The position numbers and the translations under genes are program-made. Shown here in pieces: positions 1 through 9,799 of a DNA stretch of 64,000 nucleotides; positions within the stretch are counted from its first letter, which is position 1; each line of letters begins with the position of its first letter. The notes beneath the pieces are model-generated. The model was not told the DNA's origin. It made no database searches and saw nothing but the letters and a program-made list of their open reading frames with translations. This DNA comes from Dehalococcoidia bacterium (GTDB taxonomy: Bacteria > Chloroflexota > Dehalococcoidia > UBA2979). Location of the stretch: assembly GCA_965262725.1 (NCBI GenBank), contig OZ253555.1:2048001-2112000 (forward strand). Reading direction: 5' to 3'.

Positions 1-766
1 CGCGGGGGCCGTTCACACGAAGGAAGGTGACAACCGGAGGGTAGAGCGTCCCCGCAGGTGATGAGCGTATCTTCAGCGGACTACTTGGGTCGCGATTCCC
101 CTTGGACAACTCGAAGCTGCACTCACCTCGTGCACCGTCGGCGGCCGTGATCTCCACGGTCATGCGCCAAGTCCAGGTGTCGTCCAAATGGATGCTCTTC
201 GCTCTGGATCGTTGACTGCCATCGGCGTAGGCGATCCTCCCGGACGAATCAGTGTTCTCGAATTCGAGAACACGCAGATCGGCCCCCTTCGGCGTTACCT
301 CGACAGTGTCGCCGCCCCCGTAGCTGTCTGACCACAGGAGCAGTCCCGGCTGGCGTGCATCTCGCTCGTCGTACCAATCGCGCACGGAGGCATTCAGGGG
401 CTCAATCTCGGTGAGCACTCCGCGCGCACCGGAGTGGACCTTTCCATCCGCGCTCGACGCGTGGGCAGTGACGAGATAGCCGCTGTTGCGACCTTGCGGG
501 CCGTAGCGCTGGCGGCGCTCGACTTGCGGCTTGATCACGATCGCTTGAGGCGGAGTGCGAACGCGTCCAAGAAACCACATGACCCAACCGGAAAGTGCGA
601 TCACGGCCGCGACGGTCAGAATGACCCACTCCCACTCGAGCCGGAGATACACGCGTTCAACGACGGCAAGGGCCCCGCCGAGAGTCGGCGGGATGCTCAG
701 TGCAAACGCGAGGTGAGAGTATCCAGCCCGGAACGTTCGAGCACGGTTCGGCCAGCGGAATTTCAT
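1..766 (-). CDS. Hypothetical membrane protein, runs off the left edge of the window
   Basis: Manual translation from ATG at 766 (MKFRWPNRARTF...) has no stop before position 1. Two N-terminal hydrophobic segments (LAFALSIPPTLGGALAVV; WVILTVAAVIALSGWVMWFL). Absent from the ORF track because its stop is outside the window. Confidence 0.65.
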   Translation of the reverse strand, partial: MKFRWPNRARTFRAGYSHLAFALSIPPTLGGALAVVERVYLRLEWEWVILTVAAVIALSGWVMWFLGRVRTPPQAIVIKPQVERRQRYGPQGRNSGYLVTAHASSADGKVHSGARGVLTEIEPLNASVRDWYDERDARQPGLLLWSDSYGGGDTVEVTPKGADLRVLEFENTDSSGRIAYADGSQRSRAKSIHLDDTWTWRMTVEITAADGARGECSFELSKGNRDPSSPLKIRSSPAGTLYPPVVTFLRVNGPR

Positions 767-1086
767 GAGGCCAGTATAGGTTCGCGCGATGTGCAAGTGC
801 CGCGGTCGTGGCAGCGTCTGCTCAGTCCTGGCTGACTCGACGATGGCAATCCCGAGCGACCCGCTGATCGGAGGCGTCGAGTTAACATCCGATTCCGAGC
901 GAGCCTGACCAAGTGGAGAGTCTCGGGGCGGCAGGTGTCCTCACACTCCTGGTACCCGAGCGAGACGCGGTGGCCGATGTCTGGAACAGCAATGCCCGAG
1001 TATCAGGACACTGAAACGGCGCGAGCGAAGCCTTGGCTGTGACCATCGACAGAGCGGAAGCTCTCACATGTCCGGTGTGCAGCGGC

Positions 1087-2739
1087 TCAGGCATCTCCAA
1101 AGGGGCGGCAGCGCGTCCAGCCGCCACCGGGGTTGAGCCAGACCGGCCCGAGCGGCCCTACTTCTTCAACGAGGTCGGTGTGCGAAACGAGCAACGGCAG
1201 GTCCACGCCTGAGCGCTCGATCTCGTGCTGCGCCACGCGCAGGAAGTGGTGCGCGGCGAGTTCGTCGCCGAAGACGACGAGCACTGCGGGACGTGCGCCG
1301 TGGTCATCGGTGGGCCGCCGTGAGGCGTAGTAGCGCAGGTAGGGTGCGAGCTTGGCCGCCATCGTGCTCGGGCGCACCGCGCGGCGCTCCCACTCGACGA
1401 AGCACGGCCACACCGTCCCCTCGCGGCGCAGCACGGCGAAGGCGTCAGGCAGGACCGAGCGCAGGCGTCCGTCGCGGCGGAAGTAGCGCGACGCGCGGTG
1501 CGGCGGGTCGAGCTGGACGAGGTCCCAGCCAGCGGCGCGCGACTGCTCGGCGAGCGCCGCGATGAAGCCGTGCACGGCGGTGGTGTGTTCGATGTTGCGC
1601 AGCAACTGGCGGCTGCGCCGGCCGGCGACGTCGCGCCAGCCGCCCGCGGCGCCTGTGTCCAGCGGCGCGGCGCTCCAGCGCTTCTTGGCGAGTCCGGCGG
1701 AGGTGCGGTCGCGCCGGGCGATGAGCGTCAGACCGCGCTCGGTGAGGACGAGGCGGCCATTGGCTGCGGGCGCACGCGCCGCGAGTCCGCGGTCTCGGAG
1801 GGCCGAGGCGATCTGCGCCGTCCGCGAGCGCGAGACGCCGAGCAGGACTTGCAGGTGCTCCAGGCTGAGCCACGGCCAGTCGGCCAACAGGTCGAGCGCG
1901 CGCTTCTCGGCGGGCCTCAGCAGCGCCGGCAGCAGGCAGTTGCGCACATCACGCCCCGGCGCGTCGACGGCCAGTGCCGCGGGCGGTGTCAGGCGTGCGA
2001 GCGGCCGTTCCTCCGGCAGCACGCCGTGCGGGACCGCCCGATCGAGGACGGCCTCGAGAGGGATCGCGGCGTTGACCGAGGGCAGCCTCCAGATCGCGGC
2101 GTCGGGAGTGAGCGTCGCCTCTCGCTCGAGCGCCAGAACGGCGGGCACGGGAAAGCCGGCCAGCAGCCCGCGCGCGTGGCGCAGCCGCACTTCGTCCGGG
2201 AGGAGCAGCAGCACCACGCCGGGGAGCGACCCTGCGCGCAATCGCCAGAGCCGGTTGGCGAGGCCCGTGCGGTCGGCGCTGCGACCCACGCGGACGACGC
2301 CGACGCAGCGGCCATCGGGGAGCGCGATCGCGGCGTCCAGCGGCAGGCCGCGGTACCAGCGGAAGCCGATCGGCCAGGAGATGTCGGAGACCGCGCACAC
2401 GAGCCGGTAGATCGCGGCCAGGCCGTCCAGGCGCTGTAGCAGGATACGTAGCCATTGCGCGGAGACGGAGCGCTGTCGCAGCAACTCCTCCTCGCTCACG
2501 CCGTCGTCGCGGGCGAGGATGCGCACGCCAGCCTCGGTGAGGTGAAACCTGTGCGTGGGCGCAATCAGCTCCGTGGCGTGAGGAACGGAGGCGGCGAACC
2601 CGGCCTCCTCCAGGCGGCGGACGCCCGCGTAGACCGCGCCCCGCGACCAGCCGGAGAGGGCGACCAGCTCCAGCCGGTCGAGGAAGGGCATCTCGGCCAG
2701 CCGGCGCAGCAACTCCGGGGTGCTCGCGGCCGGGCTCAT
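1087..2739 (-). CDS. Replication-relaxation (Replic_Relax / MOBC-like) relaxase
   Basis: wHTH-like segments plus C-terminal H...PDAFAVLRREGTVWPCFVEWER (PD..ExE motif). Start overlaps the stop of the upstream coupling-protein gene. Paralog of 58643..60466. Confidence 0.8.
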   Translation of the reverse strand: MSPAASTPELLRRLAEMPFLDRLELVALSGWSRGAVYAGVRRLEEAGFAASVPHATELIAPTHRFHLTEAGVRILARDDGVSEEELLRQRSVSAQWLRILLQRLDGLAAIYRLVCAVSDISWPIGFRWYRGLPLDAAIALPDGRCVGVVRVGRSADRTGLANRLWRLRAGSLPGVVLLLLPDEVRLRHARGLLAGFPVPAVLALEREATLTPDAAIWRLPSVNAAIPLEAVLDRAVPHGVLPEERPLARLTPPAALAVDAPGRDVRNCLLPALLRPAEKRALDLLADWPWLSLEHLQVLLGVSRSRTAQIASALRDRGLAARAPAANGRLVLTERGLTLIARRDRTSAGLAKKRWSAAPLDTGAAGGWRDVAGRRSRQLLRNIEHTTAVHGFIAALAEQSRAAGWDLVQLDPPHRASRYFRRDGRLRSVLPDAFAVLRREGTVWPCFVEWERRAVRPSTMAAKLAPYLRYYASRRPTDDHGARPAVLVVFGDELAAHHFLRVAQHEIERSGVDLPLLVSHTDLVEEVGPLGPVWLNPGGGWTRCRPFGDA

Positions 2740-5333
2740 CCGTCCCGCTCATCCCCGGGCGCCTCCGGCGCGTCCCCGCCGGGCTTGCGGTCGCGCCTGC
2801 TGCGCTGCCTGCGCTTCTTCGGTTGCTCGGGAGCCTCGTCCCCGCTCTCCGCCGCCTGCGCGCCGTTCCGGCCGTTCCGCAGCTCGCCCAGGCCCTCGCG
2901 GTAGCGCTCCGCCCGTTCCCGCGCCCCGGCGTCGCGCTCGGCGATGTCGGCAGCCGGCGTCAGGTAGGCCGCGGCGTCCGCGCGGATGCGGTCAGCAACG
3001 ACCGGGTTACCGTCCTCGGGCTTGCGCACCGCCATCGAGAACGTCGACATGCGCTCGCCGCCCGCCGTGGCGCGCACGTAGGCGTGGTGCACAGGCAGCG
3101 AGACGATGTCTTCCTCGGTGACGCGCTCCTTGCCGAGCTCCCAGACCAGCTGCCGGGCGTCGGCGCCCGCTACCTGGAAGACGGCGAGGCAGCCGACGTT
3201 GGCGAGCAGCGTGTCCTGCATCGTCGGCGAGAGGTCGGACAGCTTCGCGAGGCTCTGCGTCGCGAGCACGAAGGAGGCCCCGAACTTGCCCAGCTCCGAG
3301 AGCATCGACTCGTAGTCGACGCCCGGCATCGCCTGCATCTCGTCGATGACAACCAGCGCGCCCCGGCGCTGCTCAGGCGGCAGCCCGCCCTGCTCGCGGA
3401 TGACGGCATCGACGAGGTTGAGGATCGACGAGCCCACGAGCGCGGCCACGTCGCGCCCGGCCGTACCCTGCGCCGTCGAGACGAAGAGGATGCCGCCGTC
3501 GAGGATCGTGCGCCTGAGGTCGATCGTGGAGCGGGACTGGCCGAGGATCGCGCGCGCCCGCTTCGAGGAGGCGTAGTAGGAGAGCCGCGTCTGCACCGGC
3601 GCGAGCGCGTCGGCCTGGTACTGGCGTGTCCAGGAGGCGAAGTCGCGCCCCCACCACGGCAGCAGGTAGGGGTCGCTCACCTTCTCCAGCACGCTCGCGC
3701 GGAACCCCTCGTCGGAGAGCAGCCGCAGCCCGTCGAGGATCGTGTGCTGCTCGTCCGCCGCGGTGTCGGGGTGGGCGTTGGCCTCGTGCAGCGTCTTCAC
3801 CGTCTGCTCGAGGATCGACTGCATGCGCGGCCCCCACTGCTCCCACAGCCCCTTCGCCACGCGCACCACCGAGTCGGCGGTGCGGTCGCGGTCGGTGAAG
3901 ACGCGCGTGTCGAGCAGGTTGATGCCGGGCGCGCCGCGCCCGTCGGCGAGGTCGACGAGCCGTACCTGGTCGATGAGCGACTCGGGCACGTGCCCGAGCA
4001 GGTCCTCGACGAGGTCGGCGTGGGGGTCGACGACGATGATCGCGTCACCGTCGCGGCCCGCAGCCTTCTCGCGCAGCTTGTGCACGACGAGGTGCTGCAT
4101 GAGCGTCGACTTGCCCATGCGCGTGCGCGCCACGTAGAGGTGGTGGCTGCCGCGCAGCAGGTCCGGGGGGAAGTGGATCGGGCGCGGCGCGCCCGAGGTC
4201 GTGTCGCCGACGTGCGCGCCGCCGCGCACGCTGCGCGCCGTGGGCAGCAGCACCTTGGCGCCTGCGCGCGCCACGAGCGGCGTCTCGTCCTGCGCGCCCG
4301 GCGGGTGCCAGAGGCTCGCCGCCTCACGCACGCCGAGCACGCTGCGCTTGCCGAACAGGCCGGGACCCGAGGGCTGCATCCGCGCCGGCTGGGGGAGCGC
4401 GGGCCGTACCCTGCCTCCCCGGAAGCGCGCGCCCGCGGGATGGTCGTAGTCGCGGTAGGCGGCCGCCGCCTGGCCGAGCAGTTCCTTCGCTCTCTGCTTC
4501 GCGCCCGAGGGCACGATCGCGAAGACCTGCACCTCGCCCTCGAAGGCGATGCGCGAGACCTTCTCCTTGATCAGCAGCGGGTCGTGGACGCGCCTGTGCG
4601 CCTTCCTGAAGCGATGCCACGCCCAGCCCAGGGTCGCGAGCCCGAGCGCGATGCCGCTGCCCAGCGCGACCGTCTTCCAGCCCTCGCCCGCCTGCCACCA
4701 CTGGTAGCCCCTGAGGGCGGCGGCGCCTGCGACGAAGAGGAGAGCCAGGGCCACCCCATCGTTGGTGTGGCGTCGCACATCGCTCGTGTGGGCGTCGTGA
4801 TGCGGCTCCTGCACGGCTTTGCGGTGCGGCCGCTCCTGGTGCGCCTCGGCCCAGTCCGGGCCGAGCGAACGCAGCAGCAGCCGCGCGACGACGCGCTCGC
4901 CCTCGCGCAGCTCGGAGAGCGCGCCGAGCAGGCCCATCAGCGGGTCGGCGCCGGCGTCGAGCAGGTCGTCGTCGCGGAAGGAGCGCAGCGGCACGTACTC
5001 GGGGCCGCCCGAGCGCAGCGTCAGCGACCACGCCTGCTCGCCCGCCGCGAGCAGCAGCGGGTCCTCGTCGGCCGGGACCTCGTGGATGCGCGCCTGCGGG
5101 TAGCGGGTGGCGATCTGGCCGCGCACGACCTGGTCGCTCTCGCAACGCGCGAGCAGCGTGACGCCATCCGCGTCGCCCGCCAGCTCCAGCGAGAACGGCT
5201 CGGGCACGGCGATCGAGCCGAGCAGGTTCTCGACGGCGAGCAGCGTGCGCTCGCCAGTGCGCGGCGGCGTCAGCGCCAGCAGGGTCGGCGGGTCGCGGTG
5301 GCGCCTGAACAGGCGCAGGGGGTTGAGTCTCAT
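2736..5333 (-). CDS. VirD4/TraD-like type IV coupling protein (membrane P-loop ATPase)
   Basis: Two TM helices, Walker A-like ARTRMGKST, VVDPHADL, Walker B VVIDEMQ, ELGKFGASFVLATQ. Paralog of 56076..58646. Confidence 0.85.
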   Translation of the reverse strand: MRLNPLRLFRRHRDPPTLLALTPPRTGERTLLAVENLLGSIAVPEPFSLELAGDADGVTLLARCESDQVVRGQIATRYPQARIHEVPADEDPLLLAAGEQAWSLTLRSGGPEYVPLRSFRDDDLLDAGADPLMGLLGALSELREGERVVARLLLRSLGPDWAEAHQERPHRKAVQEPHHDAHTSDVRRHTNDGVALALLFVAGAAALRGYQWWQAGEGWKTVALGSGIALGLATLGWAWHRFRKAHRRVHDPLLIKEKVSRIAFEGEVQVFAIVPSGAKQRAKELLGQAAAAYRDYDHPAGARFRGGRVRPALPQPARMQPSGPGLFGKRSVLGVREAASLWHPPGAQDETPLVARAGAKVLLPTARSVRGGAHVGDTTSGAPRPIHFPPDLLRGSHHLYVARTRMGKSTLMQHLVVHKLREKAAGRDGDAIIVVDPHADLVEDLLGHVPESLIDQVRLVDLADGRGAPGINLLDTRVFTDRDRTADSVVRVAKGLWEQWGPRMQSILEQTVKTLHEANAHPDTAADEQHTILDGLRLLSDEGFRASVLEKVSDPYLLPWWGRDFASWTRQYQADALAPVQTRLSYYASSKRARAILGQSRSTIDLRRTILDGGILFVSTAQGTAGRDVAALVGSSILNLVDAVIREQGGLPPEQRRGALVVIDEMQAMPGVDYESMLSELGKFGASFVLATQSLAKLSDLSPTMQDTLLANVGCLAVFQVAGADARQLVWELGKERVTEEDIVSLPVHHAYVRATAGGERMSTFSMAVRKPEDGNPVVADRIRADAAAYLTPAADIAERDAGARERAERYREGLGELRNGRNGAQAAESGDEAPEQPKKRRQRSRRDRKPGGDAPEAPGDERDG

Positions 5334-5438
5334 CGTTCGCTCCGTTTCCTACCGGTCGTTCCGGGTGTCTGCGCCGCGCGCCCGTTGCTCGCGGCGTCAA
5401 CGATCGAGTGTGGCCGCCGGACGTCCGCTTTCTAATGG

Positions 5439-5474
5439 CCTGTAGGGGGGCCTCCCGACGAACCCCCTTACAGG
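5439..5474. promoter_or_regulatory. Inverted repeat upstream of the coupling protein/relaxase operon (candidate oriT or regulatory hairpin)
   Basis: cctgtagggggg (5439-5450) pairs with cccccttacagg (5463-5474), 11/12, 12-nt loop. Confidence 0.4.
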
Positions 5475-5558
5475 GCCTCTACGTCGCGGCGCCGATCGTG
5501 CTGAGATCGGTGCTGCGGCGCCGCGTGGACGTGCGGGGCCTGTACAGAGAAGTGCGTC

Positions 5559-5702
5559 AGTTCCCGAACGGGAAGTGGCGGTCGTGAGCAAGGCGTCGCA
5601 AGGGGAATACGCGTGTCGGGGGCTGCCGGCTACATCGCAGCAAGCACGTCGGTGTTCGGTCGTGTTCCGGGCCACGCGGGCGAGAGTTCCCGTTTGGGAA
5701 GT
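5559..5702. promoter_or_regulatory. Two palindromic operator-like sites in the divergent intergenic region
   Basis: AGTTCCCGAACGGGAAGT (5559-5576) and AGTTCCCGTTTGGGAAGT (5685-5702). Confidence 0.5.
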
Positions 5703-5810
5703 CGCGATCCGGGTGGTGGGGAGGGTCGAGCCGGCCCCTGGCGGCAGGCGATCGGGACGGACCGCGGCGGTTGAGGGGCCGGCGAGGGGCGTGCGAGGAG
5801 GCGAACACGG

Positions 5811-6662
5811 ATGGATGAGCAGCGACTGAACGGTCACGAGGAACTGGACGCCGAGGTGCTGCGCCGGCTGCGCCTGAACGAGCTGCTGCGCGACCTCGTG
5901 CGCGAGCGGGGGCGCATGGAGGCGGCGGCGCTGATGGGGGTCAACTACAAGACGCTGGTGCGCGCGGAGGAGTCGGGCCGGCTCACGGGCCGCATGATGC
6001 ATGCGTTGGAGCGGCTGCAACTGTCGGGCGACGCTCCCACGGAGGCAGCGCAGCGGGAGCGCGTCGGCGAACTCGAGCGGCGTGTGGGACTGCTGGAGGC
6101 GAGCCTGGCCGCGCTGGCGGACGAGCTGCGTGCTGGCCCTGGCGAGCCGCGCGAGGCTGTGCGGGGCAAGACGCGCAAGCGTGAGGAGTCACCGCGACGG
6201 GCACCCGAGCGGAGCCGGGAGCCGCAGGCCGCGCTGCCGACCCCCGCGCCTGCGGGGCCGGCTCCGGCAGTGTCGGGGCTGCAGCCCCGCAAGCCTGGGG
6301 CGCTGCGGCGTCCGTTCCCCGACGTGGTCACCGAGCAGCCCGCCGACGATGACGCCGAGGTCTACGGCGAGGCGTGGCCGCTCGTCGACGAGTGGCGCTT
6401 ACTGCGGGCCGGCCATCCCCACGACGGCAAGGGCGTGCGGTGGCTCGAGACCGACGAGCGCATCCTCACTCTCGAGCTGTCCATGCTCGAGGAGCACGGG
6501 CTGACGCTGCCGCCCGAGACGCAGCCGCTGCGCGGCTTCGCGCGCAAGGGGCAGACGAGATGGCGCAAGACGGCCCTCTACGACACTCAGCGGGCGCTCG
6601 CTTGGGCAAGACTGCGGCGCTGGGTGCGGCGGGTGCTGACGCTCGGGCTCTGGTGGAGGTAG
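5811..6662 (+). CDS. Hypothetical protein with N-terminal HTH-like segment and coiled coil
   Basis: GGAGG RBS. GRMEAAALMGVNYKTLVRAEESG resembles an HTH. Coiled coil ERVGELERRVGLLEASLAALADEL. Confidence 0.7.
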   Translation: MDEQRLNGHEELDAEVLRRLRLNELLRDLVRERGRMEAAALMGVNYKTLVRAEESGRLTGRMMHALERLQLSGDAPTEAAQRERVGELERRVGLLEASLAALADELRAGPGEPREAVRGKTRKREESPRRAPERSREPQAALPTPAPAGPAPAVSGLQPRKPGALRRPFPDVVTEQPADDDAEVYGEAWPLVDEWRLLRAGHPHDGKGVRWLETDERILTLELSMLEEHGLTLPPETQPLRGFARKGQTRWRKTALYDTQRALAWARLRRWVRRVLTLGLWWR

Positions 6663-6803
6663 TCCGAGGTTCCGCGGAAGCGCCGCTACGCGAGGCGGCG
6701 GAAGCAACATCCGAGAGTGGATCATCGAGAACGACTGGATCGAGGCGATCGTGGCGCTGCCGGACCAGTTCGCGCCCCGCCGGTGGTGCCGAGCCGCAGC
6801 CTG

Positions 6804-8039
6804 TCACTCCTGCGATGAAGCGTCCTTGCAGACTGAGAGTTCCGTGTCCGTAACTCCGTCCGGGCAATCACTGAGCAGTAGTGGTGTGTCGCTCGTTGGA
6901 GGGCGCAGTCCGCACATCTGCGACTCCTCATCACAGTGCACTACGTGCAGCAAGGCTGCCGTGTTGATCCCCGACTCATCTGCAGCAAACATCAACTTGC
7001 CGACTACAAATGCCACGCCAGCTGTTGCCTGCTTGAGAAGCTCGATGCTCTTGGACACCTCTCCATCGTCACCCGCCGCGATCCCCGCTGCGACGTGACC
7101 CATCGCATCGCCTCGCCTCTGAAGAATCCCGCTCACAACGGATGGCACTTCGCGGAGCCCGTCGGGGGCACCGGGGCCCTCGCTTATCCACTTGTCTGCG
7201 AGATAGTGGTGGGCCTCGGAAGCGGATTGTGTGTAGCGATAGTAGTCAGAGGTACTGACCCGATTGTTCTGATAGAGCGTCGTTGCGTGCCTCCAACCAC
7301 CCAAGTTGTGGTCTGAAGGCCCGAAATAGCTGAGGACCGCCCGATAATACAAGATGATCTCGGCTTGGCGTCTTGTTTCAAGACGAATCTCGACGCCGCC
7401 GTCAGTCGCGACTACAACTGGAAGCGAGCGTGTTTCTGCATCCGAGTCGTCTGGCGTGGCAGAGGTGCCCGCCGGCTCTGGTGTGCGTCTTGGCGTCTGA
7501 TCATCCTGCGGCGGGCTCGCCGCCGTGGCTGCAGGTTGCGGGGCAGCCGTGGCAGCGGCGGGGCGCGGAGCCGATGCCGATGGCGCCAGCTCCTGGCCCT
7601 CGCTGCCGACCGCGACGAGGAGCGCGGCGACGGCGATCGTGGCCGCGCCGAGGTAGGGGAGCCACGTGAAGCGCGCCGCCCGCCAGAACATCAGCGGGAT
7701 CGTGACGATCCAGATTCCGCTCGCGGCGGTCAGGACGATCCGCAGCCAGTCCGGCCAGCGTCCGGGGTGCAGCGCGCTCCGGCGAGGTGGGGCGACATCG
7801 CCGCCCGGGGATTCCAAGTCCGTCGCGGACTCGAGTCGGCCGGCCGCCGGCGGCTCCGCGCTGCGCTCGCCAGAGCCGGGCTCGGTCGCCGCCTCGCTCA
7901 AGCCGAAGGACTCGTCGAGGATGCGGGCGCGCTGCGCCTCGAACTCCTCGTCGGAGAGCAAGCCTCCTTCGCGTAGCCCGCTCAGTTCGCGCAGGCGCTC
8001 CGCGGCGGGTCTTCCGCTGCCCGAGGCATCGGTGCTCAT
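6804..8039 (-). CDS. SHOCT-domain membrane protein with unknown C-terminal domain
   Basis: ATG 8039 with GGAG RBS. SHOCT-like RLRELSGLREGGLLSDEEFEAQRARIL, then two TM helices, an Ala/Pro linker and a lower-GC C-terminal domain. Confidence 0.75.
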   Translation of the reverse strand: MSTDASGSGRPAAERLRELSGLREGGLLSDEEFEAQRARILDESFGLSEAATEPGSGERSAEPPAAGRLESATDLESPGGDVAPPRRSALHPGRWPDWLRIVLTAASGIWIVTIPLMFWRAARFTWLPYLGAATIAVAALLVAVGSEGQELAPSASAPRPAAATAAPQPAATAASPPQDDQTPRRTPEPAGTSATPDDSDAETRSLPVVVATDGGVEIRLETRRQAEIILYYRAVLSYFGPSDHNLGGWRHATTLYQNNRVSTSDYYRYTQSASEAHHYLADKWISEGPGAPDGLREVPSVVSGILQRRGDAMGHVAAGIAAGDDGEVSKSIELLKQATAGVAFVVGKLMFAADESGINTAALLHVVHCDEESQMCGLRPPTSDTPLLLSDCPDGVTDTELSVCKDASSQE

Positions 8040-8100
8040 GCCAGACTCCCCCCGGCGCAGTCTACACACGCGCCGGTCGATCGAGGATGTAGGCCTGCTA

Positions 8101-8131
8101 CGCCTCGTACTGCGCCTCGTACTGCGCCTCG
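8101..8131. repeat. 12-bp tandem repeat (cgcctcgtactg x ~2.6)
   Basis: cgcctcgtactg-cgcctcgtactg-cgcctcg read directly. Confidence 0.8.
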
Positions 8132-8566
8132 CTGATTAAGGTTCGCGTCGCGCAGCCGCTCGCTCGCCACGGTGCGGCGGCCGGACGACGTATGCGGGCC
8201 AGCCCGCAAGAGCAGCCTCGGAGCCTGCGGATCGTCCGAGAGTCGGGGAGCGGATTCAAGGAAAACTGAGCCCTGGAGTGCGTCCCGGGCTCGCCCCCGA
8301 TCTCGCACTTCGAACTGACGAGCCTCGATGACGACCTGGGACTTCAGCGGGGTTCCGCGCGCCGTAGTCCATGAGTTCCGGGTCCAACTCGACGAGTGCA
8401 TCCGCGAGCACACGGCGGAGCATCGGCGGGTATGGGGAGTTGACGAATCCGGGGCCGCGCGGGGCGTATGATGGCATGGTACGGGGTGCTGCCAGGACTT
8501 GTCCGCAACCCGACGCGGTGCGGCGTATTGCTGCTGCTCGCCCGAGCGCGGTACCAGAGGACCATC

Positions 8567-9799
8567 GTGACGACTCTCCGCGATGTCGAACTGACCGACT
8601 TGCTGGATCAAGGCGAGTCGGATCGCGTCGAGTTCAAGGAGTCGCTGGCGGGAGGCGCTGCGGGGGCGGTTCGGGAGGCGATTTGCGCGTTCGCCAATGA
8701 CCTGCCTGGCCACGGCGTGCCCGGAGTGATCTTCGTGGGTGTGCGCGACAATGGCTCAGCGGCCGGTCTACAGGTCACCGATGAGTTGCTCCGGCAGTTG
8801 GCCGACATGAAGACGGACGGCAATATCGTTCCACCTCCCTCCATCGCGGTGCAGCGGCTCGTCATCCACGGGGGGGGGGAGACAGCAGTCGTCACGGTAG
8901 TGCCGTCGGACTCACCACCGGTCCGCTACCGAGGCGGAGTACATATCCGGATCGGTCCCCGGCGAGGGCGTGCGACCGCCCAGGACGAGCGGATTCTCAA
9001 TGAGAGACGCCGCTCCGGTGACACGCTATTCGATGTCCAGCGGGTGCCTACATCGACGCTCGATGACTTGAATCTAGGCTTCTTCGAGAACGAGTACCTG
9101 CCGCAGGCCTTCGCGCGGGAGGTGATTGAGGCCAATGAGCGCAGTCGCGAGGAGCAACTGGCAGCGACGAAGATGATCGCATCGGCCGACGATCCGGCCG
9201 CCACGGTGCTCGGGCTGCTCGTACTCGGTAAGAACCCACAGGATTTCCTGCCTGGCGCCTACGTCCAGTTTCTCCGAGTGGGTGGAACCGAACCGCATGA
9301 TGACATCATCGACAGCGAGGACATCCGCGGCTCGGTCGGGGATGTGCTGCGCCGTCTCGACGAGAAGCTCAGGGCCCACAACCGAACCGCTATCGACTTT
9401 GTCTCCTCCTCAACCGAACGGCGAACCGGCCTGTATCCGGTACCAGCCATTCAGCAGATCACACGGAACGCCGTCATGCACCGCACCTACGAGGCGACCA
9501 ACGCCCCTGTGCATGTCCGTTGGTTTGAAGACCGAATTGAGGTGATCAGCCCTGGGGGGCCATTCGGACGGGTGACCGCCAGCAACTTCGGCAGCGGCAG
9601 CGCGGTCGACTACCGCAACCCCAATCTGGCCGAGGCGCTGCACACGTTAGGCTTCGTCCAGCGGTTCGGCGTCGGTATCCCGACGGCTCAGCATCTGCTG
9701 AGGGAGGCCGGACATCCAGAAGCGAGATTCAGAATCGACGAGAGCACTGTGCTCGTGACCATCCCGGCGATAGCGAGCCCTGGAGGCGCGCCGAGATGA
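8567..9799 (+). CDS. AlbA_2 (Schlafen-like) domain + RecG-C/HATPase_c_4 protein
   Basis: GESDRVEFKES...ICAFANDL...GVIFVGVRD (AlbA_2) and NAVMHRTY...RIEVISPGG...YRNPNLAEAL...VQRFGVGI. GTG 8567 after a GAGG RBS is preferred over 8468. Confidence 0.85.
   Translation: MTTLRDVELTDLLDQGESDRVEFKESLAGGAAGAVREAICAFANDLPGHGVPGVIFVGVRDNGSAAGLQVTDELLRQLADMKTDGNIVPPPSIAVQRLVIHGGGETAVVTVVPSDSPPVRYRGGVHIRIGPRRGRATAQDERILNERRRSGDTLFDVQRVPTSTLDDLNLGFFENEYLPQAFAREVIEANERSREEQLAATKMIASADDPAATVLGLLVLGKNPQDFLPGAYVQFLRVGGTEPHDDIIDSEDIRGSVGDVLRRLDEKLRAHNRTAIDFVSSSTERRTGLYPVPAIQQITRNAVMHRTYEATNAPVHVRWFEDRIEVISPGGPFGRVTASNFGSGSAVDYRNPNLAEALHTLGFVQRFGVGIPTAQHLLREAGHPEARFRIDESTVLVTIPAIASPGGAPR

Noticed and set aside
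849-1032. Recurring ccgagcga words in an intergenic stretch
   Set aside because: Only 8 bp, irregularly spaced and GC-rich; compatible with chance.
6651-6662. tggtggag as a possible distal att copy
   Set aside because: Only 8 bp match to the tmRNA end; flanks do not align.
8140-8477. Possible frameshifted gene remnant on the minus strand (LADALVELDPELMDYG...)
   Set aside because: Looks protein-like but no family recognised and no continuous ORF.
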